A stretch of DNA of 64,000 bases from the human T2T-CHM13v2.0 reference genome, Homo sapiens: assembly GCF_009914755.1 (NCBI RefSeq), contig NC_060927.1. One strand, written 5' to 3'. The notes beneath the pieces were generated by a model, which saw nothing but the letters and a program-made list of their open reading frames with translations, made no database searches and was not told the origin of the DNA. A program made the position numbers and the translations under genes. Positions within the stretch are counted from its first letter, which is position 1. The number at the start of each line of letters is the position of its first letter. Positions 1 through 19,415 of the stretch are shown piece after piece.

Positions 1-58
1 ACCCCACAACAGTCCCCACAGTGTGAGGTTCGCCTTCCTCTGTCCATGTGATCTCATT
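1..58 (-). mobile_element. L1PA 3' UTR fragment, continues off the window
   Basis: accccacaacagtcccc..gtgtga..ttcct.tgtccatgtgatctcatt is the reverse complement of a primate L1 3' UTR. Confidence 0.7.
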
Positions 59-269
59 TGAACAGACCATTTCTAAGAAGACGATTTTGAGATAGCGAGG
101 GAAAATTGGACATGGACTGAGTATTAGATGATATTTTATCATTGTTATAGATTTTATTGGTTATGTTAATGGTGTTGTGGTTGCGCTTTTAAAAGTCCTT
201 ATTGGTTAAAAATGATACGGATGAATGGATGGCTGGATGGCTGGATGGATAGATAAAGATAAAATATGT

Positions 270-4370
<4,101 letters not shown>

Positions 4371-4378
4371 TCTTCAGC

Positions 4379-5098
<720 letters not shown>

Positions 5099-5249
5099 AT
5101 CAGCTCTGTTTGGAAGACTGTGGTAGTGTCAATGTGGATGTTAAAGGTCGCAGATGCTGACCTCCTGTTGTCAGGACTTGCAGTTGTCCACTATGCCCCA
5201 TCTTCCGGCAGCATAGCAGTCTTACACTTCCGGCAGTGTAGCTCGTCTT

Positions 5250-5654
5250 ATAGGATGGATCCCAACCTACGATGGTTCGATTTTTCAACATCATGATGGT
5301 CTGAAAGTTATAAGCATTCGGTAGAAACCGCACTTTGAGTTTTGAATTTTGATCTTTTCCCAGGCTAGTAATAAGCGATAAGAAACTCTCAATGCTGGGT
5401 AGAGGCACTAAGCGCAGCTCCCAGTCAGTCACAGCATCACAAGGGCCAGCAACCGATACTCTACAGTGTCCTGTGTTGCCAGGTGATTTGGCTCAGCTGT
5501 AGGCAATGTGCGTCCTGAGCACATTTAACGTAGGCTGAGCTAAGCTATGATGTTCGGTAGATTCGGTGTATTAAAAGCATTTTCAATTTAACGATATTTC
5601 AACTTATGACGGGTTTATCGGGAAGTAACATCATCATAAGTCGAGTCACATCTA
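5250..5654. mobile_element. Tigger-family MITE (MER47B-like)
   Basis: Degenerate TIRs (..gatggatcccaacctacgatgg / catcataagtcgagtcacatct) next to TA. Interior taggctgagctaagctatgatgttcggtag is typical of MER47. Confidence 0.75.
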
Positions 5655-6633
5655 TACTACAATAACCTGCCTTCTGGAGCCTCCCTTACACTCAGTCAGC
5701 TATTGACTTGGTTTTTACTAGCAGTTATTAAACAAACAAACAAACAAACCCTGATTCCATTCATCTCCCCACCTGTTAAAAAGATGGCTACTTCATCATC
5801 TCTGATAGGGTGGCTAGGTTTAGCCTGTCCTAAAATTGAGGGTTGTTACCAAATTGAAACAAAGGCAGAAAGAAGTTGCACTGATTTGCCTCCTGGAAAA
5901 GCCAGAAGGTAAAATAAATTGTCATGTGGAGCAGTTTAATTCTTATGAAATCTCTGAAATTCTCACTGTTGTGAGAACATGACCCAGCAGGACACTAATC
6001 CCTGCTTGCTATATTTACACTTTATCAGGTTTCTTCTTCTTCTTCTTCTTTTAATCAAAAATCCCCAAGTCTGTAATGACCAGCCAGAACTCTCGTAACA
6101 CCCTTCTGTTTTCTGACCAACACTAATTTGACTTTTCCTTGGTTGAAGCTGAGAGCAGACCATTCAAATAAATACTGAGAGTTGTCACTTTAATGATGTT
6201 GGGAGGTAGATTTGCTTGGTCTCTCTGTTCTTTTAGATTTAGGATTACAACACAGAAAAAGGATTTGAACATTTTGATCTGTGGAGGAGTTGTCATTGAT
6301 CCAGCAAGTCACTTCTGGTCTCCAGAAAGTATTTGATTAGCTATTGACAAGTGAAAGGGAGTTATTTATTACAACACACAGCCGATGCCACGTTAGTAAC
6401 ATAACTTTGTCTGTGCGTTCAGAATTACCCTCCCTTTCTTTCATTCTCTTATCTTTGATTTCTTCACTCTGAGTCAATGTGTCTCGGTCTCCTCATACTT
6501 AAACCATCCCAGACCCCTAATTGCCCTTTTCTCTCCATTATCACCAAACTTCTTCAAACAGCAATAATGCAAGTAATAACAATAAGAAAAAAAAGCCAAT
6601 AATTATAAAACATTTGCTATGTTTCAAGTACTT

Positions 6634-6913
6634 ATTTTTTCTTCGAGATGGAGTCTAGCTCTGTCACCCAGGCAGTGGGTGGAGCCCACTGCAGCCTCCA
6701 CCTCTGGAGTTCAAGTGATCCTCCCACCTCAGCCACTCAAGTAGCTGGGATTACAAGCACGCACCACCAAGCCCAGCTAATTTTTGTATTTTTAGTAGAG
6801 ACAGGGTTTCACCATGTTGACCAGGCTAGTCTTGAACTCCTGTCCTCAAGTGATCTGCCCACCTCGGCCTCCCACAGTGCTGGGATTACAGGTGTGAGTC
6901 ACCACACCCGGCC
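6634..6913 (-). mobile_element. Alu (old, J/S-type) inserted in a MIR
   Basis: Reverse Alu; aagtactt on both flanks; MIR-like sequence (aaggcacagagaagtgaagtaacttgcccaaagtc) follows to ~7055. Confidence 0.9.
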
Positions 6914-7059
6914 AAGTACTTTATATATATAAAACATAAATTAGCACATTTAATTCTAACAGTATGAGGAAGGTATTATTTTATCCTTAATGTATAGATT
7001 TCAAAAGACCAAGGCACAGAGAAGTGAAGTAACTTGCCCAAAGTCGCACAGTGGCATTG

Positions 7060-7945
7060 ATTTTATTTTTTCCTTCCTATTTTTAAGATTAAAGTAAAAT
7101 TAGCAGAGCATAAAAATATACCTTTTTAGTGTACAGTTCTGTGAGTTTTGACAAATGCAGACAGTTGTGTAACCACCACAATAATCAAGATATAGAACAA
7201 TTTCACCCTTCTAAAAACTTTCCCCACCCCTACCAGGAAGTTTTGCCCCTTTACAGTCAATCCATCCTCTACCCCCAGGTCCTATGTGTAACTATAAGAA
7301 GCTGCGGAGTGTTTTCCAAAGTGGCTGTACCATTCACCTTCCCACTAGCAATGTAAGAGAGTCCTACTTGTTCCACATTCTGGCTGGCACTTGACAGGTT
7401 TTTAAAGTGGTAGCCATTTAATAGATATGTAGTTTATCTCAGTGTTGTTTTAATTTGCATTTCCCAAGTGTCTAATGATGTTGAGAATTTTTTTGTGGGC
7501 TTATTTGCCTTTCATAGGTCATTTTCGATGATGTGTTTGTATCTTTTGTGCATTTCTTATTGGATTGTTTATTATTGAGTTTTGAAAAGTCTTTATGCAT
7601 GCTGGATACAAACCCTTTATCAGATAAGAAATTCACAAATATTTTCTCTGTCTGTGGCTTGTATTTTCATTCTCTTATCAGTGTCTTTTGAAGAGTAGTT
7701 CTTATTTTTATGAACTCCAATTTATCAAGATTTTTTATGTATCATGTTTCAAATGTCAAATCTAAGAAGTCTTTGCCTAATGCAAGGTCACAAATATTTT
7801 CTGCTATGTTTCTCTCCTTGAAGTTTTTAGTTCTAGGTTTACATTTACACCTGTGATCTCTTTCAGGTTATTTTTTGTGTATGGTACAAGTTTGAGTCAA
7901 GGTTAATTTTGTATTTTTGCATATAGATATCCAATTGTTTCAGAA
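7060..7945 (-). mobile_element. Ancient L1M (L1MB/MC-like) fragments
   Basis: T-rich reverse L1 ORF2 end and 3' UTR motifs (ttccaaagtggctgtaccatt, gttttaatttgcatttccc). Confidence 0.8.
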
Positions 7946-8515
7946 CTTAGAAAACTGAACATAGACTTAACATATAACCCAGCAATCCCATTGCTCAGTA
8001 TTTACCTAAGAGAATTGAAAACATGTGTCCACACAAAAATCTGTATGCAAATGTTTACTTTATTCATATTTGCCAAAAACTGGAAACAACTTAGTATCCA
8101 TTGACAGGTGAACGGATAAACAAGTTGTGGCCCATCCATGTGATGAAATACTAGTCAGCAATAAAAAAGATGCTGCTACTCACAATAACTCGGATAGATC
8201 TTAAATAACTGTGCTAACTGGAAGAAGTCAGACTCGAGAGGCTGCATGCTGCATGATTCCTTATATACAACATCCTGGAAAAAGCAAAATGATAAGGACA
8301 GAAAACAGATCAGTGGTTGCCAAGGGGTTGGGGGTAGGAGAGGAGATGGACCAAAAAAGGGACAGGGAGAACCCGGGAGTGATGGGTGTGTTCTATATCT
8401 TTGTTGTGGTAGTCATTATAAGCCAATATGCATTAGTCAAAATGCATAGACCTCTAAATCTAAGAAGGATGAATTTTACTGTACGTAAATTATGCCTCAA
8501 TAAACCCGACTGAAA
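7946..8515 (+). mobile_element. Ancient L1M 3' end
   Basis: acccagcaatccc..acacaaaaatctgtatgcaaatgttta..gaaaacagatcagtggttgcc..gtaaattatgcctcaataaa. Confidence 0.8.
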
Positions 8516-10331
8516 ACAAATCAAAGCTGGGTGGAAAGAAGTTTGGAAAGAATTCAGGGCAATGGAGATAAAATAGTAGTAGCAAGAGGGGGTGATAGGA
8601 CCCAGTGTGTTTTTGTTTTGTTTTACTTTGTTTTTAGAAGTTGAAAGAGGCAGGTTGGCAATTGAAATGGAATTTCAAATCTCCTCATTAAAAAAAATTA
8701 TTCCAACACACTTGGGGGATTGTCAACATGTTACATGGAAACTGACTCCTGTTTAATAGCAGATGTAAAGTTCCAGATTTGGGAAAAGAATTCGTTGCAC
8801 ACCTGAACATGACAAAGCTCTTTTTTGTTTTGTTTTAAGCAGAGAAAGGGGATTGAAGGAAGATGAATTTTCTTCCTACTCTGTTTCTGTTAGTTTGTCC
8901 CAAAGCCCAACTGTCTATGGGGGACCTTTTTTTATGAACAATTTTATAACTATGAAATTAAAATTAAAATTGGAATTTCACCCATACGCCTACCAATATA
9001 AAAAGCAAAATTTTTCTTTATTTTTGTTCCTTTGAAATCTTTGTTCATCTCACTATTTCCTATATTACTATTATCCCAATGCAGTTTTGAAATCACCTTC
9101 TGTTCTTTTCACTCAGAATATAATGTGTTATACATATTGTCTTCATAACTATCATTTAGATAACTGCATAAGTTTTTTGCCAAACGGATGCCCTGCAATC
9201 TGTTAGTTCGTCTTCTATTGGTTCAGTATTACAGCTCATGCTTCCAGGAACATCTCTAAGCACACACCTTTTTCTTTTTTATTTTGGAGATGGGGGATAA
9301 GTGGGAATAACCTTTTTGGGTGAATTCCCAGGAAAGGGATTACTTCGGTAATGGTGCTTTCTAAAAGAATGCTAGTTGTGGTATAGATACAAGGTAACCT
9401 CAAGAACGTGAGTGGCATTTTGTAATATATATATTAAGCTCTACTTTTTCAACCCTGATTCAAAGCTTGATTCCCTCTCCATGAAGTCTGGTAAGCAGAA
9501 ATTTCTGACAAGATACCTAGTCAGAAAAAGAGAGCTAGAAGAAACTAGTCACTGGGTTCTCTATCCTGGTAGCAGAACAGAAGGCACCTAAGCCACAGGA
9601 GAGAGAAAGCGAAAAAGGAAATCCACGCTGCATACCTTGGCATGCAGAGAGAGGCTGTCATACCCTCATTACTCGAGTCTGCTATTACGAAACAGAGCTG
9701 AGTAAGTCGTAAGTTAATGACTCGGAGTGAAAACAGTGATAGGGATGCTCTCATAGGAAAGCTGCCCTCCTGCAGTCATTTGGTGAGGGGCTCTATATTT
9801 TGGGCTGTGAGCCTTGCCTCCCTGCCCTTACTCTCCTGCACAAATGGGGACCCCTTAGCCTCTGATCTGTGGGCCCACATTCTGCAAAGCCTTTTCTAGT
9901 TTTTTCCTCTCTGTCCCTTGTCAGATATTCCAAACCTCCCCTATTCTTAAGGACCTATCACACTCCACCTCCACTTCTTTCAGTCTATGAACCTGGCTTA
10001 TGAAGTGTTCAAAAATATCTTGTAAACTAAACTCTCTCATTTCACAGAGAAAGGTGAGGCTATCATGGAATGCCCTCAACTTGACAGAACTCCATTGCCA
10101 CCCATCTACACCTTCTTTGTGGTGTATACCCAACCTTCCCTTTATTCTTAGTGAAAGAAATGTTTTCTCCTGTCCAAGGCTGGCCCTTCTCCCTGTGCTT
10201 TCAGACTCATCCTTTCTCATCTTTGCACAGACCTTTCTAATTCACTATTTACCCTCCCATCTGTCTTCAGCCTTTTCCTCTCTACTGCTCTATCTTCTTA
10301 GTACAGAATTATACTCAAGGTCTTCCCATTT

Positions 10332-10334
<3 letters not shown>

Positions 10335-10362
<28 letters not shown>
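10335..10362. repeat. (AC)n microsatellite
   Basis: About 14 perfect AC units. Confidence 0.95.
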
Positions 10363-10686
10363 CACCCCACCCGAAGCCTGGCCTTAGGGATCCTGTGGCT
10401 ATTTCCTGATCTCAGTCTTTCCCTTTTATACCTGCAACACTTATCTCTGGGTCATGATCTCCCAGTCCCTCCTTAGCTCCTTCAGGGACCTCCCTTCCCC
10501 ACCACTTCATCAAGACTGCTTTGGAAATGGTCTCCTGTGATGTTCTGGCTGTAATATTCAAAGAACCATTTCCAGTGTCTCTCATTTGACATCTCTGTGG
10601 CATTTAGGCCTGTTGACTGTTACTTCCTTGGTGAAGGTCTATCCTCTAAGGTTTCACCTCACTGACTCTCCCCTCGATCTCCTTGA

Positions 10687-11049
<363 letters not shown>

Positions 11050-11829
11050 CTTTGTCTACCTTCCTGTTCAACTCCCCTCCCTGGGAAATCTCATCTTCAG
11101 TTATGGTTCCAACTACTGCCGCTAATCTGCTGATTCCCACTTCTCTGCCTCTACCTCAGGCCTCTCTCAAAACCTACAAATTGGTGTAACTGATGGACAT
11201 CTCTGGTTGATGTTCCACAAGTGATCAAATTAAACATGATTAAAAATAATTTCATATTCCCTCTCAACTTTTTCCTTCTATATTCCTTATCTCAGAGAAT
11301 GTAACAACTGTCCATTCAGTAGAAACCTGGGTTCATCTTCTGTCATCAAGTTCTCTTGGTTTCTGTTTTGAATATTTTGGAAATATTTCCCTTCCTTTCT
11401 ATTTCTCTGCCAGTGCTTTGGTTTGGATCCCCAAATATTGGAGGAGCCTTATGACTGGTCCCCACTTCTCTTTTGATTTTCTTCCAATCCATCTTCTGTC
11501 CTGTCACATAGCTGCTTGCCTTCCTTAAAAGGCTTCATGTTGCCTACAAGATAGACTTAACTGCCTGACAGTGAACACAGTCTGTCCTGTTCTGGTTCCT
11601 GCCTTCCTCTCCAGTCTTACCTTTTCCCTCCTCCACACTCTCACGCATCGTCTGTACTAGGGCCACAATAAGTTCTTCATGCATTTGCTTATGCTGTTCA
11701 TTTACTTGGAATGTTTCTTCAATGCCATCTAGTGAAATCTAGCTCATCTTTAAGAACTTCCCTCTGATTTTCCTATGCCTATTCCTCACATAGAGTACCT
11801 CTCCTTCTTGGAGTTTTTATAACAAATAA

Positions 11830-12195
11830 AATAATTGTGATAATAATGAGTGCTACTCATCCATCTATAGCTCGTGGTAGGATTTGCTCATCTTGACCTC
11901 TCTGAAGTTAGATGTGGCTGTGTAACAAGCCTTGGCCAATAAAATATAAGTGGAGGTGGCATGTGTCAGTTCCAGGTCAGCGAATTTAATTGCCAGTGTG
12001 ACAGCCTCCACAACTCTTTCTCTGTTACGGTAACTGTCAACATTCCAGATGGTGGCAGTATCCTGGAATGAAGCTCCAGCCAATCTCCAAAAAATATGAA
12101 CTGTGAGCAAGAAACACATCTTTTTTGTTTCAAACCTATAAAGTTCAAACTTACTTGTTATTAAAACATGACCCAGCCCATCCTGAATGATATGC
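11830..12195. mobile_element. Old MaLR LTR (MLT1-type)
   Basis: ttggccaataaaatataagtggaggtggcatgtgtcagttccagg..acttgttattaaaacatgacccagcccatcctga. Confidence 0.65.
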
Positions 12196-12435
12196 TAGCA
12201 TAGCTCTCCCAAGTGGCTGGTCATTTCAAAACACTTCTGCTAGATTCTGGGTTGTTGAACAAGTATCCTCTAACTCTCTTCACATTCTCAGAGTCTACCA
12301 GAAGGCTTAGGCACATCATGGGCACTCAATAATCTTTTTAGGGGAGGGAAGGGTGGGAGCATTGAAGGCACATAAACTCTTTAACTTACAAATAATTTGT
12401 CTCACATGTCAAGTAATGTTATTTTCAATAGGTTA

Positions 12436-12736
<301 letters not shown>

Positions 12737-14349
12737 GTTACTGGAGGGTAATAAGAATAAGGTAAAAAGTGTTTTTACTAACTGCTAAGTATGTTCCTTT
12801 ATTGTCTGCCATTAATCTGTGTTTTATTTGATATTTCTAAATGTATGGCTTTCATTTCAGTTGTCTTACCATTCATTTTACTTCTATCTGCTGGGGTTTT
12901 CTATTATATTTTATTCTGAAACTTTGTTAACCTTTTATCTATTGCTGATTCCAGTCTAACAGTCATATCTCTTATCCTACAAATCTTAAAAATCCTAGTA
13001 AATTCAACCTAAGTCTGTACGTAATGGCATTAACCAGGAGTCTCAGGCAGTTGGAATACAGTGTGCCACCAAAGCACAATGGGTAGAGGGGCCAATGGTG
13101 AGACAAACAGCCAGGCATTAACTGAGCGGCAGCATGGCGGGTTGGGCAGGATGTGGCTTTTGGAGTTAGGAAAGTTTAAAATTCATCTGGTTTTGCCATT
13201 TACTATGCATGTTGGTCTCGATATCTCAGTTTCCTTAACTATCAGCATAGATGATAATAGAAATAAATCACAGAGCTCACAAGAAACATAAGTGAGATCA
13301 TTTATGTGGAAGATTGTTGTAAATTTTAAGTAATTGTCTAAATATTTTTAACATCATGAGAAGAGCAGAAGGGTTATATTTCCCCCGAAAAGAGTGGGGA
13401 ATGTAAGAACTCAATGTAGTGAGGTCCCAGGAGGAATCACTGAGGGTGGGTAAGAGGGATTTGGCCCATGGGTGGTCAGAGTACATGTCTCTGCATTGGG
13501 ACCAAGGAATCCTCCATAGTAGTCCTTGAAGTACATGGAATTCAGGCAAACTTTCTATCTTGCAGCTCAGTCTTTTACTTTTTTTTTCCTGACCAGGTGG
13601 ATGACTATTGCTATAAATAATGCAGGAACTTTGGATTTATGGTTAATTACTTATTTGAAACCAGTCACATACTTTCCTTACTATCTGATATATTGCTCTC
13701 ATTCTTACTTCTATTTCCCTTGTGCAATTTCTTGGACATCCTCTGTAATGGCTGGTCTAAAATGATCTTTGGACTGATAACACACCTCTAAGGAGAACCC
13801 CTGAGAGTCTCTTTGGAAGGAGCAGAGCCCTTCCACAGGAGACAGGCAGATGGAGGTCAAAAGTTAACTTTATTTCTGATAAAACTGTTAGAGAACATAG
13901 CTTAGATCTTCCATCAAGTTCCCCAAATTAGGCAGCTTCACCCACGCAGTCACAGACAGGGCCAGACAGCTGAAGGCCTCCCTGCCAAGGACAGAGCCGA
14001 CTTCTTTAACCCAACCAGTTGGTGAGCAGGCTCCTGTAACTGGTGGGCAGATTTGGAAACAGGGGAAGCCACTGGGGCTGAGAGCCAAGTGTGCTCAGTT
14101 TCTTACTGAAAATTCATCAATCAGATTGCTCATTGCCCTGAGGCCAGGTGGCTGTGGACAAAGCATAAGACCTTCATGAAAATGGAAGCGAAAGATCCCA
14201 GCCTAATTTTGATCAGAAAACCCCCCAACTGTGTGGAAGAAATGCTAAATACTGCTCCTTCCCCCTCCCCTCCTCCTTGTGGCTTCTGCCTTCCCTAACA
14301 GTAAGGGCTTCTAACTCTTGGCCTCACCTGTCTTGGCCACCATCCACCT

Positions 14350-14529
14350 CAGTCATTCTCAGCCTTGGCTGCACATTAGAGTCCCTGAGGAACTTTTAAA
14401 GCATTCCAATGCTCAGGTCCCACCCCCAGAGATCCTGATTCAATTGGTCTGGGATGGAGCCTCAGGATCAGTAATTTTAGGGACTCCCCAGATGATTCTA
14501 AAGTGCAGCCAGAGTTATGGACCACTGAT
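14350..14529. mobile_element. MER5A-like hAT-Charlie MITE
   Basis: ttctcagccttggctgcacattaga..gattcaattggtctgggatgg..gatgattctaaagtgcagccag..accactg, with inverted-repeat ends. Confidence 0.8.
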
Positions 14530-16115
14530 CTAATAGTTTTGGTTTCATCAACCTTTTTGCCTTCATCTGGCCAGATGTAAAATGCAGAAAAGGCCATCTG
14601 TGAAGCTCTCAGAACTAAGGCAGCCTCTGATAATGATGTCAGCAATGGTGCCGCAATTTCTTCCTAGATTAAAGCTATAAAGACAGTTTCAGAGGTCCTG
14701 TTTTTCGTCTCAACCTGTCCTTCTCTACATAAAAGGATGTGTTTTTTAAAAAAGTATTTGGCCTCTTGGTGCTCAGCTATTCATTTTCTTGAAAGAGAAT
14801 AAGAGGGAAGATTTCTTTCTTCTTACAGAAATGCTCTTGATCTGACTTTCCCCTCAGCCCATCTGCAGCCAGTCATTATGAAAATCCAGTAAAAGACATT
14901 CTCTGACATCAGCTCAATGCATTCATCTCCTTTAATATCACCCATAATCTCACACTCAGGTATTGAGCCAAGCTTCCAAAGGCTATGTGGTCAGGTTGAA
15001 TGAAATCCATGACCCCAGCACTTAAAAGGAGACCTGATGGTATGATAAAACCATTCAAAATCTGATTTTCTCAGCCCCTTACCTGAATTTCTCTCAGCTG
15101 AAGTGTATCCACCTCACTCAAGCCTATTCAGAGGTAGTCCCATCAGTGAGTCTTAATCACCCACGGTGGCTTAGGGATGACAGCGGCTGTGGCACATATG
15201 TGTCTCTGATAACAGGACCCATTTAACTGCTCCTAATCCACAGGGGTATGATTATGTTGGGGTAATAACTCCTGAGAATGGCTTTGCCACAGTTACAGCA
15301 TGCTGAGAGGGAGCGAAATATGAACCCTGCATAAATTAGACTACCAGGTACAAAGTTTGCTATTAGTTAGTGCTATCATACCTCTAATAAGAGTGTATCT
15401 CGCCATAGACAATTGCATTTAGCTGCATGATGAGATGACAGGCAAATTTTTCAGTCTAATGTATATGAGTTTTGTTTTTTTAAAAATACACGTATAACTT
15501 TATGAAAACCCTAATATATTTGAGAGATAAAAATGGACGTTTGTTTTTATTTTTTTTCAAACAAGATTTTAATTGATGCTACAATTCTATCCCCTTGGCT
15601 CTTAATACAATACTAGTTTTTGAAATGAATCAAATGCCATGTGCCTGCTTTTCTTTTGGTCCTTGACTTTGTTTTAAAACTGTTCATGCCACCTCAGGAA
15701 AGAGTCTGCCATTTTGTTAATTGCTGTGGTGAAATCATTGCTGTGGTCAAAGTAGCTAACTTTGAAGATCATACCATGAAGATTTTAGTTGGCAGTGATC
15801 TTAAATTAGCTAACCACACATGTGATCAGATATCTCTGCCTTACACCTAAACTGCCAACATTAAGGTAATATAATTACATAACCCAAAGATTGATCATAA
15901 GCATGTGACTTCCTCAACCAATATTATTAAACAGGCTTGACTTGGCTATTTTACCTTGCAAGGATCAAAGATTAAGATTTAGACATCAGGATCACTAAAA
16001 TGTGAAATAAAAAGGCAATGAATGAATTCAAGTCATAAGGCCAAATATTCTCAGATGGTTACATGAGAACCAGCTTTTGTGAGGCTTCAATACTATTCTT
16101 AAAATAGGTGGTGAA

Positions 16116-18155
16116 CACTCCTATTCAACACAGTATTGGAAGTTCTGGCCAGGGCAAACAGGCAAGAGAAAGAAATAAAGCGTATTCAAATAGGAAGAGA
16201 GGAAGTCAAATTGTCTCTGTTTGCAGATGAGATGATTGTATATTTAGAAAACCCTGTCGTCTCAGCCCAAAATCTCCTTAAGCTGATAAGCAACTTCGGC
16301 AAAGTCTCAGGATACAAAATCAATGTGCAAAAATCACAAGCATTCCTATACACCAATAACAGACAAACAGAGAGCAAACTTATGAGTGAACTTCCATTCA
16401 CAATTGCTACAAAGAGAACAAAATACCTAGGAATACAACTTACAAGGGATGTGATGGACCTCTTCAAGGAGAACTACAAACTACTGCTCAAGGAAATAAG
16501 AAAGGACACAAACAAATGGAAAAACATTCCATGCTCACGGATAGGAAGAATTAATATCATGAAAATGGCCATACTGCCCAAAGTAACTTATAGATTCAAT
16601 GCTTTTCCCATCAAGCTACCATTGACTTTCTTCACAGAATTAGAAAAAACTACTTTAAATTTCATATGGAACCAAAAAAGAGCCTGAATAGTCAAGACAA
16701 TCCTAAGCAAAAAGAACAAAACTGGAGGTATTACGCTACCTGACTTCAAATTATACTACAAGTCTACAGTAACCAAAACAGCATGGTACTTGTATCAAAA
16801 CAGATACATAGACCAATGAAACAGAGCAGAGGCCTCAGAAATAATGCCACACATCTACAACCATCTGATCTTTGACAAACCTGACAAAAACAAGCAACGG
16901 GGAAAGGATTCCCTATTTAATAAATGGTGTTGGGAAAACTGGCTAGCCATATGCAGAAAACTAAACTGGACCCCTTCCTTATACCTTATACAAAAATTAA
17001 CTCAAGATGGATTAAAGATTTAAACATAAGACCTAAAACCATAAAAATCCTAGAAGAAAACCTAGGCAGTACCATTCAGGACATGGGCGTGGGCAAAGAC
17101 TTCATGACTAAACACCAAAAGCAATGGCAACAAAAGCCAAAATTGACAAATGGGATCTAATTAAACTAAAAAAACTTCTGCACAGCAAAAGAAACTATTA
17201 TCAGAGTGAACAGGCAACCTGCAGAATGGAAGAAAATTTTTGCAATCTACCCATCTGACAAAGGACTAATATCCAGAATCTACAAGGAAGTTAAACAAAT
17301 TTACAAGAAAAAACCCCGTTAAAAAGTGGGCAAAGGATATGAACGGACACTTCTCAAAAGAAGACATTTATACGGCCAACAAACATGAAAAAAAGCTCAT
17401 CATCACTTGTCATTAAAGAAATGCTAATCAAAACCACACTGAGATACCATCTCACTCCAATTAGAATGGCAATCATTAAAAAGTCAGGAAGCAACAGATG
17501 TTGGAGAGGATGTGGAGAAATAGGAACACTGTTACACTGTTGGTGGGAGTGTAAACTAGTTCAGCTATTGTGGAAGACAGTGTGGCAATTCCTGAAGGAC
17601 CTAGAACCAGAAATGCCATTTGACCCAGCAATCCCATTACTGGGTCTATACCCAAAGGATTATAAATCATTCTACTATAAAGACATATGCCCACATATGT
17701 TTATTGCAGCACTGTTCACAATAGCAAGGACTTGGAACTAAGCCAAATGCCCATCAATGATAGACTAGATTAAGAAAATGTGGCACATGTATACCATAGA
17801 ATGGTATGCAGCCATAAAATGAGTTCATGCCTTTTGCAGGAACATGAATGAAGCTGGAAACCATCATTCTCAGCAAACTGACGCAGGAACAGAAAACCAA
17901 ACACCGCATGTTCTCACTCTTAAGTGGGAGTTGAACAATGAGAACACATGGACACAGGGAGGGGAATATCACACAGGGGCTTGTCGGTGGGTGGGGGACT
18001 AGGGGAGGGATAGCATTAGGAAAAATACCTAATGTAGATGACAGGTTGATGGGTGCAACAAACCATCATGGCACGTGTATACCTATGTAACAAACCTGCA
18101 TGTTCTGCACATGTATTTCAGAATTTAAAGTATAATAAAAAAAACTTTAAAAAAG
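16116..18155 (+). mobile_element. L1PA (approx. PA7-8), 5'-truncated ~2 kb
   Basis: ORF2 fragments ([30 protein letters not shown]; C-terminal [18 protein letters not shown]) and an L1PA 3' UTR ending taaagtataataaaaaaa. Confidence 0.95.
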
Positions 18156-18229
18156 ATAGTGAAATTGAAGGATAATCTTACATATTTTCTTCATCTCTTT
18201 GTATCCCTTTTTCATATTCTAAGGGGGCA

Positions 18230-18450
18230 AAATGTAGCAGAGGAAGAGCATGATCTACCATATGCATATGAATTTGAATCCCAAGTCTGCTACCTATTAG
18301 CTATGTGACTTTGGAAAATTGTGGTGACCTCTCTGTTTCCAGTTTCCATATTTCTTCAAGAGAAACAGCATCATAATATGTCCCATGTAAGGGTTGTAGA
18401 TAATACATACAAAATGCCTGGCACCTATGAGGCACCCAATAAATGGGCAG
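18230..18450. mobile_element. MIR
   Basis: ttgaatcccaagtctgctac..tagctatgtgactttgg..ctctctgtttccagtttcc core. Confidence 0.7.
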
Positions 18451-19122
18451 CTGAAATAATATTCATTATTGAATATTGCTTTTATCAATATCATTCTATC
18501 ATTATATCAATATCATAATATTAATTATAGTAATTCAATATTAATGAGTATATACTGATATACTTTTATCATTCTCAAAGTCTAATCTTTTGCCAGTGGC
18601 AGAGACCCACCCAATATTTTTTTCTTCTGAGAAGTCTGAAAGTCCTTGGGGAAGATGAGTCACCTTCAGAAATTAGAAAAGAAAGCAGAGCAGCAAATTG
18701 TGAGAACAGTTGAGGAGTCATCCTTCAATAGGTAAAGTTCATATACACCAGGGTTAAGTTCCAGGAGTGCCACTTAGAACCTGCCCCTGACAGACTCCTC
18801 TTCCTCTCCCAGGTATGCTCGGGTCAATGATTTTACTACTATTAGGGTGTGGGATGATTTAAAGGGAAGGAAGGTATATGGGTGCGTGTGCACATGTGCT
18901 TACAAGTAAAATTATAGTTCTTGAACAATGTTGATTCTGTACTTTTTTATGTGAATATGGGAAGATAGTTACTAGGGGAAGGGAGAAATAAAACTTCTTT
19001 TTCTGGATTAGGTAGGCAGAACCAGAAGTTCCTTTGCTTAAAGTCATTTTCTCCATATTCCTCACCAATTGGAGGATAAGTTCTGCCAAGTTCCTCTTCT
19101 GGGTAAAGAATGCCCTTGGAGA

Positions 19123-19415
19123 GGTCAGGCGTAGTGGCTTATGCCCATAATTCTAGCACTTTGGGAGGCCAATGCAGGAGGATTTCTTGAGCCCAGCAGT
19201 TTGAGACCTGCCTGGGCAACCCCATCTCTACAAAAAAATTTTTTAAAAGTTAGCCAGGTGTAGTGGCACATGCCTGTGGTCCCTTCTACTCAGGAGGCTG
19301 AGGTGGGAGGATTCCTTGGGCAGGAGAGGTCAAGGCTGCAGTGAGCTGTGATCGCACCACTGCACTCCAGGCTGGACGACAGAGTGAGACCCAGTCTCAA
19401 AACAAAACAAAACAA
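19123..19415 (+). mobile_element. AluJ
   Basis: Diverged dimer with gaggtcaaggctgcagtgagctgtgatc and an (AAAAC)n tail. Confidence 0.9.

Noticed and set aside
10000-10476. 158-aa plus-strand ORF
   Set aside because: Runs through an (AC)n microsatellite and pyrimidine-rich decayed repeat; composition is typical of a chance ORF.
16136-17741. 183-aa and 118-aa RT-like ORFs
   Set aside because: Remnants of a 5'-truncated L1PA; the catalytic FADD motif reads FADE, and there is no promoter or ORF1.
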